This document shows, in pieces, positions 1 through 13,149 of a stretch of 64,000 nucleotides of DNA. Origin of the DNA: Octopus sinensis (taxonomy: Eukaryota); the NCBI RefSeq assembly GCF_006345805.1, contig NC_043014.1, forward strand, positions 32,116,001 to 32,180,000, in the 5' to 3' direction. Position 1 is the first letter of the stretch. The number at the start of each line of letters is the position of its first letter. The position numbers and the translations under genes were made by a program. Under the pieces are notes generated by a model. It made no database searches and was not told the DNA's origin. It worked only from the letters and a program-made list of their open reading frames with translations.

Positions 1-1135
1 AACAAGCAGCAGCAGTACCCCCACCTCTACCGCCACTACCACTTTTATATCCACACACCACCTTCGACACCAGAGACACAAGTACCACAGTTATCACCAC
101 CGCTACCACCACACTACCACCAACACACCACCCCTACTTGTACAGTAAGATCAAGTAAAGAGGAAGACATATCATTCTTAAGTGTCCAACTAATGGTGTC
201 TTGACCTTTATCCTAAACATTGTTGACCTTCAATTAATTATTGCCGGACAATTCATTAGGACGGATCTTGGGAAAAAAATAAATGTGTGTGAGTGTGTTT
301 GTGTGTGGTAGGGAGGGGAATGTGAGGGGTATCAGCATTATACCCACCACCACCACCACCATCCACCAAAACCACCACCACCACCACCACCACCTCATCA
401 TCATCATCATCGTCATCATCATCATGACATCATCATTATCAACAGCTGCAACGACATCACCATGTTTGTCTTCACCTCCACACCACCACATCAATAACAA
501 CCACCACCGCAACAGCAACCACCACCTCAACAACAACTACTACCGTGATGATGATTATCATCATCATCAGCAGCAGCAGTTGTAGCAGCAGCATGCTCAT
601 ATTCATCCACCACCACCACCATCACCACCACCACTATCTCCGATAACAGCATCAACATCATCACTATCATCATCATCTTCATCCTCATCACCATAATCAC
701 CACCACAACCACCATTACATCATCACTACCATCACCGTCACCATCACCACCACTACTATCACCACCACCGCCATCATCATTATCATCACCACCACTACCA
801 CCACAACCACCACCATCATCATCATTGCTAACAATATCTCTAACAATCAATGCAGCCAATGAAACCACCACCATCACCACCACCACCACCACCACCATGG
901 TGTTATTAGCAAAACCATCCCACACCCTGACACTACTATCATCACTATCACAACCACCACAATGTACTGCTACCTTTACTATCACAATGATCACACTTCA
1001 AACACCACAACAACTACAACCACAACAACCATCACATATCACACACCACCACCACCACCATCACTACAAAAACTACTACAACCACCACCATCACCATCAA
1101 AACCTTCACAACTGCACCTCACATTATACTACCAC
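1..1135. repeat. Mosaic trinucleotide low-complexity tract (CAC/CAT/CAA/TAC)n
   Basis: Continuous imperfect ACC/ATC/AAC repeats; explains the poly-His/Thr/Ile/Val ORFs in the track. Confidence 0.95.
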
Positions 1136-1136
1136 C

Positions 1137-1424
1137 TGGTAGACGGAAACTGAAAGAAGCCCATCGTATATATGTGTATATATATATATATTATATATAT
1201 ATGTATGTATGTGTGTACGTTTGTGTGTCTGTGTTTGTCTCCCCACCATCGCTTGATGACCTATGCTGGTGTGTTTATGTCCCTGTAACTTAGCAGTTCG
1301 GCAAAAGAGACTGATAGAATAAGTACTAGGCTTACAAAGTCCTGGGGTCGATTTGCTCGACTAAAAGGCAGTGCTCCAGCATGGCCACAGTGAAATGACT
1401 GAAACAAGTAAAAGAGTAAAAGAG
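1137..1424 (+). mobile_element. tRNA-derived SINE family A, 3' portion
   Basis: Matches the central and 3' part of the full copies at 8487 and 33409 (tggtagacggaaactgaaagaagccc...gtgctccagcatggcc...gaaacaagtaaaagag). Confidence 0.9.
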
Positions 1425-2089
1425 CACCTACCACCATGACTACTACTACTACTACTACTACTACTATCACTAGCACACATACACACAAACCACCACAACA
1501 TACAGGCACCAATACCAACATCACTGAGCAAATGAATGAAACTACACATTGCCATCCATGGAAAAGAACGCATTGGTTAAGGTGGTCCAGTCTTCCCTAC
1601 TTATAGGAAAAAGGCAAGAAGGTCATGGCAGGAAGGGCTATGATTTTTGGCTTAATTGATTGATCAACAGTGACCTGGGGCTAAATAAAAACAACAACAC
1701 AACAACCATCACTAGCACCACTACAAACACCATTGACAGCCACCACTCACACCACCACCAAACACCACCACCAAACACCACCACCACCACTGCCATCATC
1801 AACAAAACATCCCAACCATCAATTACCTTCACCACCACCACCACCACTACCACTACCACTGCCACCACCAACGCCACCACCACTATTTTATATAAAAATG
1901 GCAGCTGTACACAAGTTGAAGACAATTTCTCAAAATGATGGTTGAAACAACAGAAAGGCTTGGGAAAAATTAGAAAATGGAAGAATTTCTGAGTCTTTCA
2001 AAAAAATAATTAATATTTCTACATCATTAGATTGTTGTAGCTGTATGTATATTATGTATATTAAAAATGTCTGTGTATACTTACATCCA

Positions 2090-2387
2090 TACACACACAC
2101 ACACACATGCACACACACACACACACCACACACACACACATATACACATATGTGTGTGTGTGTGTGTGTGTAAAATGAACATACATTATATGTAATTATA
2201 AATGTATGCATATGTATATATGTATGAGTATAAATCTATATCTTCATCTATTATATGTGTGTGTGTATATATATATATATGTGTGTGTAAATATATATAT
2301 GCACATATATAATTGTGCACTCTATATAATTATATGTATACAATTGATATAAATATATGTATATATGTATGTATGTATATATATTAT

Positions 2388-2450
<63 letters not shown>

Positions 2451-2550
2451 GTACATATGTATATATATGTATATTATATATATATATATATCTTTGCATA
2501 CACAAATACATCTATATATATATATATATATAGTATGTATATATATTATA

Positions 2551-2626
<76 letters not shown>

Positions 2627-2655
2627 ATTATTATATATATATATGTATATATATG

Positions 2656-2686
<31 letters not shown>

Positions 2687-2706
2687 TGTATATATATGTA
2701 TATATC

Positions 2707-2766
<60 letters not shown>

Positions 2767-2800
2767 GTATATATATGTATATATGTATTATATAACTTTG
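2090..2800. repeat. (CA)n/(TG)n and long (TA)n microsatellite complex
   Basis: Direct inspection; source of the poly-IY ORFs. Confidence 0.95.
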
Positions 2801-3451
2801 CACACACAAATATATGAATAGTGGTTGTATGTGCATATATATATTTATGTGTGTATGTGTATGTATATGTACAATCAATCTCTATATGTAAATGTGAATG
2901 TAAAGGCAGCCAAGATGAAACACTGAACAGAATAATGGCCAGAGCAGATGTTTCTGGAATAAAGCAGCTCTCTCTCTCCCTCTCTCTCTCCATCCCTCCC
3001 TCTTTCCTTCTTCCACACACACATAAACACAAACATACACATGCACACACACACATCCCCCCCCATTTTCTCTCTCTCTGTCTCTCCACATACTCACACG
3101 CACACACGTTTATATGTATATGTGTATAAAACCATGCATACACCCACACGCATGCACATAAATATATCTCACATTGTGTGTGCAGTGTGTGTGTATCTCT
3201 CTCTTTCTCTTTCTCTTTCTCTTTTATACAAATAGTAAATGCAAGAATAGCTAATTTAATCTTTTAAAACAGACATTTGACTTATTGTATTCTGAAAATT
3301 ACTGAGCAACCACCACCACCACCACAGACTCATTTCATTATCAGTAACAACAACAGAATCATCACTATTATAAACACTAATATCACAAACCTATCAGAAC
3401 CATTATCATTACTGCAACCTTGAATTGTGTGTATGCATGTATCTGTGTATA

Positions 3452-3529
<78 letters not shown>

Positions 3530-3879
3530 TGTGTGCTTGTGTGTTTCTATGTGTTTTTGTGAGTGTGTATGTAACAGCTGCATCCAGAAGTATTGAGAAA
3601 GTTTTGAAACCTGGGTAATTTATTGTCCCATAAAAGAGTAATATGGAAATACGAAAAATCCTTAGTAAAAAAGTTAAAAACCTGAGAAGTTTAGTTAACT
3701 CTCTCTCCTTCTCCCTCTCTCCTTCTCTCTCTCTCTCTTTCTTTCTCTCTCTCTTTCTCTCTCTCCCTTTCTCTCTCCTTCTCTCTCTCTCTCTTTCTCT
3801 CCCTCCTTCTCTCTCTCTCTCTCTAAATACATGGGAAGCAGTTGCAGTATGAAAGATATAAAGGGTATGCATCTATCCA

Positions 3880-4085
3880 TACATACACACAAACATACAT
3901 ATTTAATATGCACATATACATACATACATACATGCATACATACATACGTATTTAATATGCACATACACATACATAGATATATACACACAAACATACATAT
4001 TTAATATGCACATACACATACATAGATATATACACACAAACATACATATTTAATATGCACATATACATACAAAGATATATACATA
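3880..4085. repeat. About 50-bp tandem repeat (about 4 units) built from microsatellite motifs
   Basis: tttaatatgcacata recurs at about 3902, 3950, 4000 and 4050. Confidence 0.85.
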
Positions 4086-4294
4086 CATGCATGCATACGT
4101 GATATGCTCATGCACATATATACACTGGCACACACATTTATATATGTTTAAAAGTGGGTGTGCCTCCTTAGTTTTATAACTATACACAAATATGTGTATG
4201 GAAGCATATCAAAATGCATATACATATAAATATACTTATGCAGAGATATATGTAAGTTCTTATATAAATACATATATATATATATATATACATA

Positions 4295-4600
4295 CAGGGT
4301 GCAATGGGTAAATTGTCGCTATTTTATATTTTGAATTTCGTGCATGCGCAGTTTGTTTTTGATTTTTGTTGACTACATAGTATAGTAGGCTCAGCTGGGC
4401 ACCGTCTGTGAAAAAAAACAGCACCATGATGCAATTCACTCTGCTAGAAATTTGGAAACGACATGCTGTACTGCTTGGCATTCGTGCCGGAAACTCCAAT
4501 ACAAACATTTCAGAGTTTTTTGGTGTGAATCTGAAGACATGTAGTGACAATGATAAAAGTCAAATGTGATCACTAGTGATGGCCATGTATCAGTCAGTGA
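4295..4600 (+). mobile_element. Tc1/mariner-superfamily DNA transposon, 5' end, internally deleted
   Basis: TA followed by a CAGGGTG terminus; ORF from 4426 reads MMQFTLLEIWKRHAVLLGIRAGNSNTNISEFFGVNLKT (HTH-like N-terminus), followed by VITSDGHV (catalytic-domain-like). Confidence 0.7.
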
Positions 4601-5599
4601 ACATGGTGTGCATCCTGACTAATAAAGGGACGTGCACTGTGAGCAGACTCACATGTGACCTTAATTTTCCCTTGCATTGATGCGCGATGTTGTTGTCTTC
4701 ACTGAGGTTATCAGGTCAGACATTTGTTTTCCATCGCACCACCTGCGTTATAGTACATGCTCAACCACTGTCAAAAATAGGAGATTGTAGCAAAATCTTT
4801 ACGAACTTTGAGGCTTATGGAAGGAATAATAGGCGTGACTATATATTAATAATGATAAGCAACCTTGCATAAATTGGGTTGAATTAAGAGAAAATGCTAA
4901 AAGTACAAAACCTCGAAAGGTTTTAGTCATTGCTTCACATCGTTACAACACTTCAACGAATATAGGCTCTTACTGTGCTTAATCCTTGGGGAAATTCTAT
5001 TGAATTTAAACCAGAGAACGCTCCTTTGGCATTCCTGAGTCATTTGCTACCAAGAAAATCTACTTGGACAAATTGTTTGCGGTAGTAATGCCAGAACACG
5101 GTTCATTAGTTAAGTTTCTGTTGAAAAATAAGGCTTTCTGCAAAGAAATTGTATCCCAATACTTCAGAGACATTGTTTAATCATGGAATTCTGAAGACAT
5201 TCGCACTGGCAGTTTAGTTGTGGCACAAAAACCATTATTGAAGGAAAATGTGACAATAGTTGTTCAAAAGCAGCATTTTTTTTTTGTTATTTTCCATTGA
5301 CAAATAGAGTTTTATGCATGATAAATGCACTCATAACATTAATTGTACATTGCTGCATTTTTTGACACCAAAAACATTAAAATTGGCAACGTAGATTAGA
5401 AGCAAATACAACCATTGTCCGAAAATGACCTCAAAATTGTGTAACGCGACCCCGTTTGCGAAGTTATTTTTGTAGTAAAAAAGAGTTGTGCAAAAAACGT
5501 ATTTCATTTGGTAGCCGAAAGATTACTGAATCTTTTAATACCTCATATGTCAAAACCGGCAGCTCAGTTTTTGAATCCATAAGAAACATACGCACCACT

Positions 5600-5890
5600 A
5601 TCAAGATCAGTTGTCGAGAACGATGAAGACTTTTTGAAAACTTTGCGCAGGCATCTGAGCAGATATTGCCAAGTTTTTGGCAAAATTTGTTGCAGATTTT
5701 CTGCTCAACTTTTTCCCTCATGATCAATGTGGCGATCACATGTTACACTTTTCTCCCAAGCACTGCTGTAAACAGCAGAAGCGAGCTAGAAGATTACAAC
5801 ATAGTGAACACCAGAGTCCAAGGTCAATCTGTACCAAGCAACTTCACTCTGAGTGCTTTAGCTATGTTACTTTTTGGTGTGTGAGGGACA
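5600..5890 (-). mobile_element. Mariner transposase N-terminal remnant with 5' leader
   Basis: ATG at 5721 gives MREKVEQKICNKFCQKLGNICSDACAK, resembling the mariner N-terminal EQRxxIKFCxKLG motif. Confidence 0.6.
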
Positions 5891-5964
5891 TGCTGATCAG
5901 ATCGCATATGCATCTTTTTTTAAAAAGTATATAGATAATCCTGTTATTGGTGGGTGGAATATCA

Positions 5965-7460
5965 TTTTTTTTTTGTGTTCAGTAGTGGTTTATATTTTCT
6001 AATGAAGAATTCTTCTTTATATTTTCCAGAAATGTTCGTTGTCAGACCATAACTTAAAGAAGGGGAAAATTGTGAATTTTACCTTTCCGCATGATGTGAA
6101 GTGTTCACTGCTGGTGGTGTTTCTGACAGGGGGGGTCCATAATTTGTTGTTTATGTACACGAACTCTGTCATGCAGTCCCGTTCCGGCTTCACTAATGTA
6201 GTATTCTTTACATTGAGGGTAAGTTGCACAGTAAATTAAGTTTTTTGTTTTGCAATTCTTGTTTGTATTAAGTTTGAAAATCTCATTGTTTTTAAAGGAG
6301 ACTTCTCCACCCTCTTCAATGTATTCACAAGTTCCGCATTGAGAGGACTGCATTTCGTAACTTGCATTGTTTCAATGTTAGACATAAATTTTGCCTTGGT
6401 GAGCAGTTTTTTGTAAGGTTGGGGGCTTGATGTCTGCTATATATTATTTGTGAGTCTTTTATAAGTGCATTCATTTTGGGAGATTGCTGGAGAGTTTGGG
6501 AGATATTGTTTGGCAGCTTTCACAATGTTGAAGTTCCTTGGGTTGTGAGTGATGACAAAAGGGATAACTGTTTTTCCTTTATATTTTGTTGGTTTATTTT
6601 TTCTCAGTGCTGTCACTGGAATATTCTGGGTCTTAGAGATAGTCGTATTGATGAGGTTCATTGAATATAATCTTGTCTTTTAGGAACCGTTTTAGTCCAT
6701 ATAATCTGTTTTTCCTCTAGTGTGGGATGTGTTACTATGATGCAGATGTGTATTGCAATGTTAAAGGGGATGTTCCTTTTTTGTATGTGAGGGACATGCC
6801 GATCGGAAATTTAAGTATTGGTGCATATATGTTGGTTTATAAAATAGGCTTGTTTCGATATTTTCTCCTTCTTTAATGATAAGGATATCCAGAAACAGTA
6901 GTTCCTTTCTATTACAATCCATGGTAAATTGTATTGCTTCGTAAAGCCTGTTTATGATGGAACAGAATCTTTTCAGGTCTTCTTAGCTTCTATCCCAGAA
7001 GATGAAGCAATCTTCTAGGTAACATTTCCAGTTGTTATTAATGTAGGTGACGAAGTCATGATTGAATGTTTCCTGAAGCTAGGAATATAGTTTTGCCTCT
7101 AGGTAACCCATAACGTGTGTTGTATATGTTGGGACTATTTTGGTGCCCATGGCCATTCCTATTATTTGTAAATGCTGTTCGTTATCAAAGAAGAAGTGGT
7201 TATTCTCCAAAATAAATTTGAGCCCTTCCAAAATAAACTCTTTTGGAAATCTCTCTGAAACGGAATCTGGATGTTTTGTAATCCAGAAGTCAACAGCTTC
7301 AATTCCTTAGTCATGTGGGCTGTTAGTATATAAGCTTGCTATGTCAAAGCTGACTAAGATTGTGTCTTGGTATATTTTCTGAGGGATGTAGTTCAAGAAT
7401 TCCATATCATCTCTGATGTAGCTTGGTACTTTTTTATATAGGGGTTTCAGAAAGATATCT
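5965..7460 (-). mobile_element. Penelope-like retroelement (RT plus C-terminal GIY-YIG), decayed and 5'-truncated
   Basis: GMAMGTKIVPTY (about 7100-7160), WKCYLEDCFIFW (YxDD motif, about 6993-7030), CGTCEY...NLIYCATYPQCKEYYISEAG...RVRVHKQQI (GIY-YIG), ending FFIRKYKPLLN. Confidence 0.9.
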
Positions 7461-7645
7461 AATATGTTATGTATATATGTGTATGTGTATGTACATAAGT
7501 ATGTATAAAATGTTGATGTCTAATAATGATATCTCATAAATTATATATATATATATATGTGTGTGTGTATGGGTATGTATATATAGGTATATGTGTGTGT
7601 ATGCATATGTGTGTATATATGTATGTGTGTATGTATATATGCATG

Positions 7646-7682
<37 letters not shown>

Positions 7683-8486
7683 ACTTTTTGTATGTTTATA
7701 TGTAGGGACGTAAATATGTGAGCTAGCATGATCTCTCCCCCACCTTCCCTCTTAAACCAATATAAAAAGAATACATTTCTACCAACAAACATTCCAAAAC
7801 TAACCTTATTTTATTTCTCTCTGCTGTCATCCTTTTTTATCAAAAGACATGTATCTTACATCTCATTAAAAGGACACACACCTAAACTCATCTTTAACAT
7901 AGAAAATTACTGAAGTTTCTCTTTATGAAATTAAGATAGTTGATTCAGCCATAAGAAAAGAATTTGAAAAACATCTGACCATTATGTTTTTCACCAAAGA
8001 TCAACTATTCAAATGGAACCAGCTGGAGGGCACTTTCACAAGCCCTTCATAAAACACTCCTTAAGCACCCCACCACCTCCCAATTCCATTCTCAATCGAT
8101 TGTCTTGTTTTTACCATTCACTATTTTCTTTCAGCTCTTTTTCATCAATACTCCTTCACTCCCAACCCCACACCAGACACATCCAAATCTCTTATATATA
8201 GAATCACACAGCTCAACACAATCTGAGATCAGTTTGACAATTGCCACTGATGAATACCAGAAAGCTCTCCAGAAAAGTTAACAAGAATTCTTTAAAAAAT
8301 CTCTCCACTGAAGTTCACAAAGAACTTACTAAGATTCACAAAGCAAACTGTAAAATTATATGATTAAAAAATTAAATTGATTAGAACTACCTGTGAAGTC
8401 ATTCTTTTCCTTTTTCAAATATATGTGTATATATATACACATACACACACATACTATATGTGTATACACACACACACACACACACT

Positions 8487-8885
8487 AGGCATGGCTGTAT
8501 GGTAAGTAGCTTGCTTACCAACCACATGGTTCCGGGTTCAGTCCTACTGCATGGAACTTGAGCAAGTGGCACTTGGGCCAACCAAAGCCTTGTGAGTGGA
8601 TTTGGTAGACAGAAACTGAAAGAAGCCTGTTGTATATAGATATATATAGATATATATATGTGTGTATTTATGTGTGTGTGTCTGTTTGTCCCCCCCCCCA
8701 ACATCACTTGACAACTGTCGTTGGTTTGTTTATGCCCCCATAACTTAGCGGTTTGGTGAAAGAGAGCGATAAAATAAGTAGTAGGCTAACAAAGAATAAG
8801 TTCTGGGGTTGATTTGTTCAACTCAAGGTGGTGCTCCAGCATAGCTGCAGGCATATGACTGAAACAAGTAAAAGAATAAAAGAAT
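8487..8885 (+). mobile_element. tRNA-derived SINE family A, full length
   Basis: Head with A-box-like tggctgtatggtaag and B-box-like ggttcagtcct, internal (TA/TG)n linker, 3' tail gaaacaagtaaaagaataaaag. Confidence 0.92.
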
Positions 8886-8967
8886 AGAGAGATACACAGA
8901 CATAGATATATGTATAGACACACACTATATACATATATATATATATATACATACACACACTATATAC

Positions 8968-8999
<32 letters not shown>

Positions 9000-9002
<3 letters not shown>

Positions 9003-9007
9003 GATAG

Positions 9008-9084
<77 letters not shown>

Positions 9085-9115
9085 GATAGATAGATAGATA
9101 GATTGATAGATAGAT
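9000..9115. repeat. (GATA)n microsatellite
   Basis: Direct inspection. Confidence 0.95.
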
Positions 9116-9888
9116 ATACTTACATATATATATATACATATATACATATAAATAAATATAGAGATGGTATTATTAAAATACCATCACAAGTGGTAAGCGA
9201 ATTATTAGCCGTACAGGCAAATTGATAAAATATATACATACAATACCAGATATGTACATATATACGCAAGGGTACTACATGAGTACCTATATAAGACAGG
9301 TTTTTTAAAATTTTCCTCTGGTGCCAATTCTTGCCACTTAGAACCACAGTATGTCTCTACAATATTCTTTATACTAATGTGGTTAGAAATGTTTGCATTG
9401 TGGCATATAGTTCCTTTTTCTAGTAAGACAGTTGCAGATTCTTTGGTTCAAAGCCAACCAATTCTTGCATTACAAACATGCTTCGGTTGTTGTTGTTTGG
9501 CCCCATATCAGTGCCAACCTAACAGAAGTATGATCAGAAAGCATCCCACCTACCCCACAACTATGCAGCCTTTTTACTCCCCATAGTGTTTACAGAATAA
9601 TATGCTCCCAAAGTGTCATTTGTCTTTTATAAAACACAGAGTAGCATGATTTGAATGAAAGTTTAGCAGCTATTTCTAGCAGGTCTGCAGACTACATAAC
9701 AGACTCCTTTATTGCTTCATCACACACATCTAAATATATATCCAGAATCATTGTTTCTTTTCTTGTTGTTTAACAACAGGTCTGCACTGACCAACAAGGC
9801 CTATGGTTAAATGTGCTCCACTTATGACCACCTTGTCATTTTATGCATCAATGTTCTTTTCTTTTAAAGACAATATAGTATGAGGTGT

Positions 9889-10175
9889 GGAGGCACATGG
9901 CCTAGTGGTTAGAGCAGCAGACTTGCAGTCAAGGTGATCGTGAGTTTGAATCTTAGACTGGGCGATGTGTGTGTTTATGAGTGAGACACCTAAGCTCCAC
10001 GTGCCTCCGGCAGAAGGTAATGGCAAACTTCTGCTGACTCTTTTGCCACGACTTTCTCTCACACTTTCCTCCTGCATCTTGCAGCTCACCTGGGACGGAC
10101 TGGCATCCCATCCAAGTGGGGAACCTATATGCCAAGGAAACTGGGAAACTGGCCCTTATGAGCTTGAGAAGGAAT
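9889..10175 (+). mobile_element. tRNA-derived SINE with V-SINE-like 3' domain
   Basis: Head tggcctagtggttagagca...gagtttgaatc (A and B boxes); downstream gggacggactggcatcccatccaagtgg resembles the V-domain motif gcgatggactggcgacctgtccaggg. Confidence 0.75.
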
Positions 10176-10467
10176 TTAGATAATAAAATAAAATGGTATG
10201 AGGTGAAAATTTAGTTGCTATTTCTAACATGTAAGAAGCTGAGGTGAGATTCAATTGCATGTCAAAACATTAAATGTTCTGGCTTTTTTAAGGAGTTGTT
10301 AATTAATTAGTTGGTTTGTTTGTTTGTTTGTTTGTTTGTTGGTTGGTTGGTATAACTGACAATGCTCTCTTCCCTTATTGCAACATGTTACCTACCACTC
10401 CTATCTCAAACCACCCAAACCACTTACATTTTGTCCCACCTCTTTCTCTTATATATATCGTAAAGGA

Positions 10468-10656
10468 GTAAAAAGCCCCTTCGGTCATGGAATGGATGAC
10501 TTTGGGACTGCAACTAGAAAGTTACCCTCCAAGGCACAAATTTGGGAAAGGTTGTTTATGGAAGACCAGCAATCACCAAAACACAGCCCAGTCCTCAGTC
10601 CAGGAATTGAACTCACTACCTCATGATTGTGAGCCTGATGCTCTAACCACTGGACC
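10468..10656 (-). mobile_element. tRNA-derived SINE family G, internally deleted
   Basis: Reverse complement has tggtccagtggttagagc...gagttcaattcc and shares gctggtcttccataaacaacc...catgaccgaagggg with 34168-34462. Confidence 0.8.
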
Positions 10657-10739
10657 AAATAAAATGAGCCAATGGTAGTGGTTAAAAAATTTGCATGGCA
10701 GTGAACCATTCCTCTAAGATAGCAAGAATGAATTCTTAC

Positions 10740-10817
10740 AGCTGGAATTGTAAAACAATCAAAAGTTTCAGTTCCACCTACATTAATGGTTATAAAATTC
10801 AAAAAACAGTGAGGTTC
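10740..10817 (-). CDS. Candidate internal exon (78 nt, phase 0/0): EPHCFLNFITINVGGTETFDCFTIPA
   Basis: Acceptor gaatttgtttcag, donor GCT|gtaaga, single open frame; no homology recognised. Confidence 0.25.
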
Positions 10818-11043
10818 CTGAAACAAATTCTGCTGCGGCTGTCAGTAATGGTATCGTATTCTTATTGTTGCAGAGGGTGGGGGAACAGCAATGGAACACT
10901 GCAACACAAAGAATTGCTGTTTCATATATGTACACACATGTGCAATACACAAACACACACACTTTTGCACATATGCACATGCATACATAACCCCCACAAT
11001 CACATATACACATAGATATACACAGATATGTGTGCATGCATGC

Positions 11044-11085
<42 letters not shown>

Positions 11086-11229
11086 CTATATATATACATA
11101 AATATTACACATTTGCTCACACACACATATGTGTATATGCATGTATATATATGTATGATACATATACATATATACATATATATATATAAAATGGATATGT
11201 GCATATACACATTCATACATGCATACATG

Positions 11230-11261
<32 letters not shown>

Positions 11262-11265
11262 CATA

Positions 11266-11325
<60 letters not shown>

Positions 11326-12510
11326 CTACTCACATACACATATGTGTGTGTGTGTGCATGTATATACATAATATACATGCATACATTTTATATATATATT
11401 TGTGTATTTGTTTATACATATATATATATTAAATATGCACATATATATAAAGAGAGAGGGAGAAGGATATATATATGTATGTATATATATATATATATCC
11501 CTCTCTTTCTCTCTTTCTCTTTCTCTCCCTCTCTCTACATGTGTATGTGTGTGTATATGCATGTGTGTGCATGTGTATGTATACATGCATAAATGGGAAA
11601 CAAGTTTTCTGTAGGGTTTGCACTTTTGGAAACCTCACTATAATGTATTTTTAAATAGATTTCTTACCTTTCAAATTTTCCTTTCAAAAGGGTTCACAAT
11701 ACCATTCAACATATATGTTCTATAATTTCAGAGCATGTTATTCATTTATTTCGAAAACTTATGGTTAAGTTCATTATCTCCCCACTATATATTGTGCTTT
11801 ACCCCCTAATTACAGGCACAGCAAAAATCTCATTTCAATTTGCCTAAAGGCATATGTATGTTTAAATGTACATACACACACGCATGCATACACACACATG
11901 CATTCACACATTTATATATATATATATATATGCGCACAGATATGTGTGTACACATATGGAAAGTTTGCACGCATTTCCATCACAGAGCACAACTTAATTC
12001 AGCTGAACAAAGTATTTTTCAGTGAAGGTGCTCAATAACTAATTAAAAATTAATTGCATCTATGACAAAAGACTGTGAAAGAAATGATAATAACGGTAAA
12101 GGAGAAAACTCAGAATATACCGAAAGGCTGAAGATGCATATGTGTGTGTGTGTGTGTGTGTGTATTACATCTCCCCCTCTCTCTCCCTTTTCTCTCCTGT
12201 GTTTGTTTGGTATATACACACACATATATATACACATATATATACACATATACATACATATTACATACGTACATATATATAAATATGTATGAATATATGT
12301 AAGCATATATATGTATTTTATGTATATATGTATACATGTGTGTGCGTGTGTGTGTAGCAAGAAGCTTGCTTCCCAACCAGATGGTTCCGGGTTCAGTTCC
12401 TTTGCATGGTACCTTGGGCAAGTCGTTTGCTATAGCCTCTAGCCAACCAAAGCCTTGTGCATGGATTTGGTAGATGGAAACTGAAAGAGGTTCATCGCAT
12501 GTATATATAT

Positions 12511-12725
12511 AGTTTATCCAAACATGAAAACACAAAGAGAAAACACAATAACGCGAGGACGTGGAACAAATATAGTATTATTGGATGCTCAGAAAGGAAA
12601 GAAAGAAGGAGGGTTTAATGTTTCGAGCGGAGCTCTTCATCAGAAACATAGGAAAAGGAAAGATCCAAAGAAGAGAAGATGGAGGAAAAAAATCGTTAAC
12701 AGTACACACACGGTCACATTTTGAA
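12511..12725 (-). mobile_element. Solo Penelope-like terminal-repeat fragment (putative)
   Basis: Non-SINE insert carrying a hammerhead-like core; PLE pseudo-LTRs are known to carry minimal hammerheads. Confidence 0.55.
12613..12647 (-). ncRNA. Minimal type I hammerhead ribozyme motif (degenerate)
   Basis: Minus strand: GTTT-CTGATGA-A-GAGC tcc GCTC-GAAAC-AT-T-AAAC; stem I GTTT/AAAC, stem II GAGC/GCTC; stem III reads ACAT where palindromic ACGT is expected. Confidence 0.6.
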
Positions 12726-13149
12726 TGTATATATATATACATATGAATGTATATATATATATATACATTTTGAATATATATATATATATATATATGTATG
12801 TATATATATGTATATGGTTATGTGTATATATGTCTTTCTGCCTGCGTTTGTCCCCCCACCATCACTTGACAACTAATGCTGTTGTGTTTCCATTCTCTTA
12901 ACTTTGCAGTTCAGCAAAAGAGATCGATAGAATATGTACTAGGCTTACAATGAATAAGTCCTGGAGTTGATTTCTTTGATTAAAAAACCCTTAAAGGTGG
13001 TGCTCCAGCATGACTGCAGTCAAATGACTAAAACAATTAAAAGAATAAAAGAGTAAAAGAATATAAATATATATATCTATATATATATCTATATATATAT
13101 ACGTTTATATATATATATATATGTCATTAATTGCTTGAAATGAGGTAAT

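Larger units (their letters stand above)
12350..13040 (+). mobile_element. SINE family A split in its microsatellite linker by an insertion
   Basis: 5' half at about 12350-12500 and 3' half at about 12830-13040, with the 12511-12725 insert between them. Confidence 0.85.

Noticed and set aside
234-1153. His/Thr/Val-rich ORFs
   Set aside because: Translations of trinucleotide low-complexity sequence on both strands.
2251-3149. Poly-IY/VC/HT ORFs here and at about 11, 16-18, 22-23, 29-30, 35 and 39-41 kb
   Set aside because: Dinucleotide and tetranucleotide microsatellites lack stop codons; not coding evidence.
3330-3872. 180-aa ORF with an LRIFRI S4-like motif
   Set aside because: Mostly (GA)n and (CA)n translation; the short unique part lacks convincing splice boundaries.
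8247-8270. CTGATGA...GAAA hammerhead-like string
   Set aside because: No stem II or stem III pairing (ataccagaaagctc); probably chance or too decayed.
8487-8570. tRNA genes (here and at other SINE heads)
   Set aside because: The A/B-box sequences continue into SINE bodies and cannot form a full cloverleaf.
11669-11720. Minus-strand exon ending at an AAG|gtaaga donor
   Set aside because: All three frames contain stops between the nearest acceptor and this donor.
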